A DNA stretch of 57,975 nt from an uncultured Eubacteriales bacterium (GTDB taxonomy: Bacteria > Bacillota > Clostridia > Christensenellales > CAG-138): NCBI GenBank assembly GCA_900318745.1, contig ONMC01000004.1, forward strand, positions 1 to 57,975, given 5' to 3'. The stretch's first letter is position 1; each line of letters opens with the position of its first letter. The notes under the pieces are model-generated. The model did no database searches and was not told the DNA's origin. It saw only the letters and a list, made by a program, of their open reading frames with translations. This document shows, piece by piece, positions 52,681-57,975 of the stretch. Position numbers and translations under genes: made by a program.

Positions 52681-52758
52681 GACGCTTGCCTCAAAAAACG
52701 TATAAGCAATAAGGGTGCTATACAAACCGCGCAGGCGCGCGGGGAAGAGGAGCTCGGT

Positions 52759-53751
52759 TTACAGGCGAAAATCCGCCCACACGGCGTTATGATCGGAGAG
52801 CTGATCCCCGTTTTCCAGCACCGTGGACACGCAGCCGTGCCGTACGCACGTCGTGTGCTTTGAAACGATCCAGTCGAGATGGAGCTTTAAGAATCCGTCG
52901 CAGGTCGGGCGACGCCGCGTTTCGATGCGCTCGCCGTTGCAGGCGCGGTAATCGAAGCCCTCGCGCTCGATCGCGCGGAACAGCGGTTCGTGCTCCGTCG
53001 CGTCGACGATTTCGCCGGTCTTTTGCTGCCGAACGTACTGCGCCTCGGCGGCCTCCCGGCTGTAGTCGAATCCGTTCGTGTTGAAATCTCCGCCGATCAG
53101 CACCGGCAGATCGCCGAACATGCGCTTTGCGTGCGTGAGGATCGCCTCGACCTGCTTTGCGCGTGCCTCGGGCGAGGTGCGGTTTTCAAGGTGCAGACTG
53201 ACCGCGCCGACGTGCGTTCCGGCGATGTCGAGCTCGCAGAACACCGCCACGCGCGCGCCGATGCGCTTCTGCTCGTCGAAGTACCAGTTATAGCCCTCCG
53301 GCAAATAGAGCGCGTCCGCCTTCACGATCGGCCAGCGCGAAAAGAGCGTGTTGCCCTCGTAGCCCTTTTGATCGCGCGGATTCACAAGCTCGATGAACTC
53401 GAGCGCGTAGGCATACTGATACCCGAGCCGCTCGGCAAGCGCGCGGGACGCGTCGATGTTGCCGCTGCGCTCCGTGCCGTCGTCGAACTCGTTTCCAAAC
53501 AGGATATCGGCATCCTTCAGCGTTTCGCAGGTTCGGAGAAAGTCCGCAATCTCCGAGATCCGGTACCCGTGCTCCACGTTGAACACCGCAGCGCGGATCG
53601 TTTCCGGCGCTTTGCGCTCCATAATGGGCAAAAGACCGGTTTGCGGACCGTCAAACTGCGGAATACGGCGCATGACGCGGAACTGACCGTCCGCCGGAAC
53701 GTCGTCGGACAGACGCACGCGAAGGGAATAAGGGATCGCTTCCATTTGCAT
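52759..53751 (-). CDS. endonuclease/exonuclease/phosphatase (EEP) family protein
   Basis: AAVFNVEHG..., GGDFN and the C-terminal LSDHNAVWADF are EEP catalytic motifs. ATG at 53751 lies 6 nt after AGGAG. Confidence 0.8.
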   Translation of the reverse strand: MQMEAIPYSLRVRLSDDVPADGQFRVMRRIPQFDGPQTGLLPIMERKAPETIRAAVFNVEHGYRISEIADFLRTCETLKDADILFGNEFDDGTERSGNIDASRALAERLGYQYAYALEFIELVNPRDQKGYEGNTLFSRWPIVKADALYLPEGYNWYFDEQKRIGARVAVFCELDIAGTHVGAVSLHLENRTSPEARAKQVEAILTHAKRMFGDLPVLIGGDFNTNGFDYSREAAEAQYVRQQKTGEIVDATEHEPLFRAIEREGFDYRACNGERIETRRRPTCDGFLKLHLDWIVSKHTTCVRHGCVSTVLENGDQLSDHNAVWADFRL

Positions 53752-53899
53752 ATCATTCTCCTGTATTATAAATAAATAGTATATCACTTTGCCGCACCGT
53801 TGAAAAGAGGATCGGTCAAAAACATCTCAAATTTCTCCGAAATCCCCGCTCTATATAGTAAAAAATATAGAAAAACTGCGCATAATTTTGCAAAATCAA

Positions 53900-53957
53900 T
53901 TGACAAGAAAGGCGTTGCGTGGTAATATTAAGCATATGGAGCGCAAACGTTTGCGCT
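53900..53957 (+). promoter_or_regulatory. promoter of HAD/ABC operon with LacI/PurR-type palindromic operator
   Basis: TTGACA (53900-53905), 17 nt, TAATAT (53923-53928), 11 nt, then the perfect 18-bp palindrome AGCGCAAACGTTTGCGCT (53940-53957). Confidence 0.6.
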
Positions 53958-53992
53958 TTGTTGTATTTCTTGAAATCGAAGGAGGCGCGGAA

Positions 53993-54757
53993 ATGATAAA
54001 AGCCGTCATGTTCGATATGGGCGGTACGTTGGAAGACCTGTATTCCGACGAGAAGAACGACCGTGCAACGGCATATGCGCTGTACGAAATCCTGAAAAAA
54101 CACGGGGTGGAAGTGCCGTATGAGGCGGAACCGCTGTGGGATATCGTGGGGAAAGGCATTGCAGCATACAAGAAGGAATCGGAGCGTACGCAGATCGAGC
54201 TGAAGCCGGAGGAGATCTGGTGCGACTGGGGATTCAAAGATATTCCGGTCGACAAGGCGAAGCTCGCAGAGATTAGCGAGGAGATCGCTCATATGTGGGA
54301 GACCACGTTCTACGACAGAAAGCTCAGGGAACATGCGGCGGAGATGCTCAAAGGACTGAAGGAGGATCTCGGACTGCATGTGTCGGTGGTCAGCAACACG
54401 GGCAGTTTGTTTCAGGTGTTCTCGACACTCAAGCAGTACGGCGTACGGCAATACTTCGATGAGATCACGCTTTCCTCGATCGTGGGATACAGAAAGCCGC
54501 ATCCCAACATTTTCCGCATCGCCTGCGCGCAGGCAAACCTCCGGCCGGAGGAATGCGCATTCGTCGGCGACACGCTCTCGCGCGACGTCGTCGGTCCGAG
54601 AAAGATGGGGTTCGGACGCGTGTTCAAGATCAATTCGTTTCTGACCAAGCAAAAGGACATCGGCAGGTTTGACGTCGAGCCGGACTATGAGGTCACCGAT
54701 ATTTACGATGTATATACGCTCTTGAAAAAAGAGCTGCAGGCGGAATCAAACAACTAA
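53993..54757 (+). CDS. HAD-superfamily hydrolase
   Basis: Motif I (VMFDMGGTL), motif II (VVSNT) and motif IV (FVGDTLSRDV) are present. ATG at 53993 follows GGAGG. The track ORF start at 53888 runs through the promoter. Confidence 0.8.
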   Translation: MIKAVMFDMGGTLEDLYSDEKNDRATAYALYEILKKHGVEVPYEAEPLWDIVGKGIAAYKKESERTQIELKPEEIWCDWGFKDIPVDKAKLAEISEEIAHMWETTFYDRKLREHAAEMLKGLKEDLGLHVSVVSNTGSLFQVFSTLKQYGVRQYFDEITLSSIVGYRKPHPNIFRIACAQANLRPEECAFVGDTLSRDVVGPRKMGFGRVFKINSFLTKQKDIGRFDVEPDYEVTDIYDVYTLLKKELQAESNN

Positions 54758-54778
54758 TCCCGAAATGGAGGGTCGGAT

Positions 54779-56653
54779 ATGGCGAAAAAAGGATGGAAAC
54801 GTCCTCCGATGACGAAGGAGCGGTTCAAGAATCAGTTCCTGAATGTGATCGGCAATCCGTTCAACGTGATCGTGCTGATCACGCTGCTGATGTTGTTCGT
54901 GTTCATTATCATCCCGCTTCTGACGATGGTTCTGAACACCTTTACCGTGACGAGAGGGTCCGCCGAAATGGCGCGCCTCGTCGATCCGGGCGCAAAGCCG
55001 GGTGATTATTCGATCTGGGCGTGGAAGTTCCTGTTCGGACCGGACAGCTTCATGTCGTCCGGCAGCATGGGACTGAAGGGGACCGAGATCTACACGAATC
55101 TTCTGGAGCCGCTGTGGCATTCGCTGACGGTCGGTTTCTTTGTCACGATCATCTCGGTGCCGCTGGGCGCGCTGATGGCATGGCTGATCGTCCGCACGGA
55201 CATTCCCGCAAAGGGACTTCTTTCCGCACTGATCCTGATCCCGTACATGATCCCCTCGTGGTGCAAGGCGCTGTCGTGGCTGACCGTGTTCCGCACGCCG
55301 AAGTACGGCGGATATTACGGACTCTTGACCGGCCTCGGCATACCGGTGCCGGAATGGCTTGCCTACGGACCGATCGCGATCATCCTCGTCATGGTCCTGC
55401 ACTATTACGCGTTCTCCTATATCATGGTTTCCGGCGCGCTGCGCTCCATCAACTCCGAGCTTGAGGAGATGGGCGAGATCCAGGGCGCAAACAAGGTGCA
55501 GATCTTAAAGAGCATCACGCTGCCGCTGGTGCTGCCGTCGATCCTGTCGGCGACGATCATGACGGTCAGCAAGTCGATCGGCACCTACGGCGTCGCGGCG
55601 CGTCTCGGCAACACGATCCAGTATTTCGTCATGGCAACGAAGATGAAGTACTTCCTCGAATCGCAGCAGACGGCGGCGGTCGGCTATATCTTCTCGATGC
55701 TGATGATTGCATTGGCGGCAGGCACGATCCTGATCAATCAGAAGCTGATCGGCACGCGCAAATCCTACGCGACGATCGGCGGCAAGGGCACGCGTTCCAA
55801 CCTGATCCCGCTCGGCGGCGCGAAGTGGCCGATGCTGATCCTCCTCACGATCTTCATCATCGTGGCAATGTTCATGCCGCTGTTCTTCCTCGTTATGGAA
55901 TCGTTCCAGATCGTGCCGGGCAAGGGCTACGGACTCGACAATCTGTCGCTGTACGCATGGATCGGCTCGCTTGAAAACGCGCCGAACGAGCAGTTCAACC
56001 AGCCCGGTCTGTTCCGCAACACCGAATTCTTCCGCTCGCTGTGGAACACGGTCAAGCTTTCCATCCTCGGTTCTCTGATCACCGCGGTCTTCGGACAGTT
56101 CTTCGGCTACATCACGACCCGCGGCAGAGGCAAGTGGTACGGCAACGCGGTCGAACAGCTGATCTTTATCCCGTACCTGATGCCGGGCGTTGCGTTCGCG
56201 GCGATCTACTACTCGCTGGCGAGCAACTATGTGCCGGTTCTGGTCGGCTCGTTTATGCTGGTCCTGATCGTTTCGGTCGTCAAGCACTTCCCGTTCGCAA
56301 GCCGTTCCGGTTCCTCGAACATGATGCAGATCTCCGTCGAGCTGGAGGAAGCGGCGACGATCAACGGCGCCGGCTTCTGGCGCAGGATCCTTTCGATCGT
56401 CATTCCGCTTGCAAAGGGCGGCTTCCTTTCGGGCTTTTTGCTCTCCTTCATCAGCATTGCGAAGGAACTCGACCTGATCGCGATCCTGATGACGAACTCC
56501 GACAATTACACGCTGTCGTTCCTGTCGTTCAACTATTCGAAGGAAGCGATGCCGCAGGTGGCGGACGCGATCTGTATCATCATCATCGCGTTCATCCTGA
56601 TCACCAACCGCATCGCGGATAAGTTCGGCGGCAACGTCAGCAAGAGCATGTAA
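54779..56653 (+). CDS. ABC transporter permease, fused double-domain (FbpB/ThiP/PotBC-like), 624 aa
   Basis: It has about 12 TM helices and two EAA-type loops (ELEEMGEIQGANKVQILKSITLP and ELEEAATINGAGFWRRILSIVIP). Confidence 0.8.
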   Translation: MAKKGWKRPPMTKERFKNQFLNVIGNPFNVIVLITLLMLFVFIIIPLLTMVLNTFTVTRGSAEMARLVDPGAKPGDYSIWAWKFLFGPDSFMSSGSMGLKGTEIYTNLLEPLWHSLTVGFFVTIISVPLGALMAWLIVRTDIPAKGLLSALILIPYMIPSWCKALSWLTVFRTPKYGGYYGLLTGLGIPVPEWLAYGPIAIILVMVLHYYAFSYIMVSGALRSINSELEEMGEIQGANKVQILKSITLPLVLPSILSATIMTVSKSIGTYGVAARLGNTIQYFVMATKMKYFLESQQTAAVGYIFSMLMIALAAGTILINQKLIGTRKSYATIGGKGTRSNLIPLGGAKWPMLILLTIFIIVAMFMPLFFLVMESFQIVPGKGYGLDNLSLYAWIGSLENAPNEQFNQPGLFRNTEFFRSLWNTVKLSILGSLITAVFGQFFGYITTRGRGKWYGNAVEQLIFIPYLMPGVAFAAIYYSLASNYVPVLVGSFMLVLIVSVVKHFPFASRSGSSNMMQISVELEEAATINGAGFWRRILSIVIPLAKGGFLSGFLLSFISIAKELDLIAILMTNSDNYTLSFLSFNYSKEAMPQVADAICIIIIAFILITNRIADKFGGNVSKSM

Positions 56654-56685
56654 CCTCATCGACCGATTGAAGAAAGGAAAACAGT

Positions 56686-57843
56686 ATGAGCAAGATCGTA
56701 TTAAGTCACATCGATAAATTTTACGGCGAAAACCACGTCCTGCGCGACATCAATCTGACGATCGAGGACGGAGATTTCATGACGCTTCTGGGACCGTCCG
56801 GCTGCGGCAAAACCACCACGCTGCGCGTCGTTTCCGGCCTGGAAAAGCCGCAGCACGGCACGATGACGATCGACGATCGCCCCGTGATCGACGCGGAAAA
56901 GGCGTTTTATGAAGCGCCCAGCAAGCGCGGACTGAACCTGGTGTTCCAAAGCTACGCGCTGTGGCCGCACATGACGGTGTTCCAGAACGTCGCATTCGGG
57001 CTGAAGATCAAGAAAATGAAGAAAGCGCAGATCGAAGAGACGGTCATGCGCGCGTTGAAGACGATGCGGATCGAGGAGTACCGCAACCGGTATCCGAACG
57101 AGCTGTCCGGCGGTCAGCAGCAGCGCGTTGCGATCGCGCGCGCCATCGCATCGAGCCCGAAACTGCTGCTGCTCGACGAGCCGCTGTCGAACCTTGACGC
57201 ACGTCTTCGTATCGACATGCGTGCCGAGCTCAAGCGCCTGCACAAGGACACCGGCACGACGATCATCTACGTCACGCACGACCAGGTCGAAGCGCTGACC
57301 ATGTCGACCAAGATCGCGCTGTTCAAGGAAGGCGAGATCTCTCAGATCGACACGCCGCTGGGACTCTATACGAACCCGATCGATTTGACGGCGGCGGACT
57401 TCATCGGCAATCCGCGCATCAACTTCATCGAAGCGAAGGGCTTCTATAACGGCGATACGCTGTCGGTCACGAGTGAGTTCGGCACCTACGTCTATCCGCA
57501 CGAGACGGTCAAGACCGACGAGGAGATCCCCGAAAACGAGGAATTCGACTGCGTGCTCGGTCTGCGTCCCGAAATGGTCGATATCTATACCGAGGATCCG
57601 CATCACAAGAACACGGTTGCCGCAAAGGTCTATGCCAATCAGCCCGCGGGCAGCGAGACGCTTGTCACGCTGACGGTCGGCGACATCGAATTCCTCGCGA
57701 TCCAGGTCGGTCTGGTGGATTATGATATGAATCAGGATGTATTTGTCGTCTTGCATCCGGGCCGCATGAACGTGTATAATAAGAAGACGGGACGGCTGAT
57801 CAAGTTCGCAAAGACCAAGCATAAGGCGGGCGTCGACGACTGA
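56686..57843 (+). CDS. ABC transporter ATP-binding protein (PotA/MalK-like with C-terminal regulatory/TOBE domain)
   Basis: Walker A (GPSGCGKTT), signature (LSGGQQQR) and Walker B (LLLLDEP) are present. Confidence 0.9.
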   Translation: MSKIVLSHIDKFYGENHVLRDINLTIEDGDFMTLLGPSGCGKTTTLRVVSGLEKPQHGTMTIDDRPVIDAEKAFYEAPSKRGLNLVFQSYALWPHMTVFQNVAFGLKIKKMKKAQIEETVMRALKTMRIEEYRNRYPNELSGGQQQRVAIARAIASSPKLLLLDEPLSNLDARLRIDMRAELKRLHKDTGTTIIYVTHDQVEALTMSTKIALFKEGEISQIDTPLGLYTNPIDLTAADFIGNPRINFIEAKGFYNGDTLSVTSEFGTYVYPHETVKTDEEIPENEEFDCVLGLRPEMVDIYTEDPHHKNTVAAKVYANQPAGSETLVTLTVGDIEFLAIQVGLVDYDMNQDVFVVLHPGRMNVYNKKTGRLIKFAKTKHKAGVDD

Positions 57844-57882
57844 TCGCCTCACGCACCATCAATTAAGAAAGGAACGAGACGC

Positions 57883-57975
57883 ATGAAAAAGATTTTCGCG
57901 ATTCTGTGCGCGCTGCTTCTTCTGTGCACGGCGTTTGCGTGCAAGGGCGGCACCGCCGGCAATACGGCCGAGGAC
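57883..57975 (+). CDS. lipoprotein, probably the ABC substrate-binding protein (3' partial)
   Basis: MKKIFAILCALLLLCTAFAC|KGG has a lipobox-like signal. It sits directly after the ATPase gene and runs off the window. Confidence 0.5.
   Translation, partial: MKKIFAILCALLLLCTAFACKGGTAGNTAED

Noticed and set aside
1-57975. Looked for CRISPR arrays, rRNA genes, IS elements, transposases or integrases, and additional tRNAs
   Set aside because: I found no regularly spaced direct repeats, rRNA-like segments or recombinase-like ORFs. tRNA-Arg at 14710-14786 is the only tRNA found.

Overview
This window looks like a high-GC Firmicutes (Clostridia-like) chromosome. Supporting signs are GGAGG ribosome-binding sites, rpsF-ssb-rpsR, a YtxC-like sporulation gene and a dcw cell-wall cluster. 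All family calls were made by eye from the translations; no searches were run. Most of the window is core metabolism and cell biology:
- Divergent acn-icd and citC-citXG-lysR units (1.2-8.2 kb).
- DUF1015 plus aspartate kinase.
- A second type IIA topoisomerase pair.
- rsmH-ftsL-PBP-murE-mraY-murD-ftsW-murA-ftsQ (24-35.6 kb).
- Flotillin, an XRE unit, a ferredoxin missed by the ORF track, a ParB-like gene, holA, rpsF-ssb-rpsR and mgtC.
- A 9-kb ten-gene Mrp/Mbh-like cation:proton antiporter cluster (43.5-52.7 kb).
- An EEP-family gene, and a HAD hydrolase plus ABC importer operon.

The accessory-looking part is 8.2-15.8 kb:
- A membrane-anchored degenerate PIG-L-like protein bracketed by a 12-bp direct repeat.
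- A tightly coupled ADP-ribosylglycohydrolase/small ORF/two GGCT-like gene operon.
- A SWIM zinc-finger protein and an aldo/keto reductase remnant.
- A ~1.3-kb AT-richer islet next to tRNA-Arg(CCG) that carries one coiled-coil gene of unknown function.

The signals I rate highest are:
1. An identical LacI/PurR-type palindrome placed identically in two outward-facing promoters that bracket the EEP-Mrp block.
2. The Mrp cluster itself, which has archaeal Mbh-like gene order, four antiporter-like subunits and no redox module. One paralog is frame-disrupted, and the NuoL-like subunit has an internally duplicated C-terminal arm.
3. A perfect palindrome centred between the divergent acn and citC promoters, combined with citC-citXG lacking citDEF.

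I saw no CRISPR array, rRNA, transposase or integrase. I cannot point to a clear-cut novel defence-type system. Many very long Arg/Ala-rich ORFs in the track are antisense artefacts of the high GC content.
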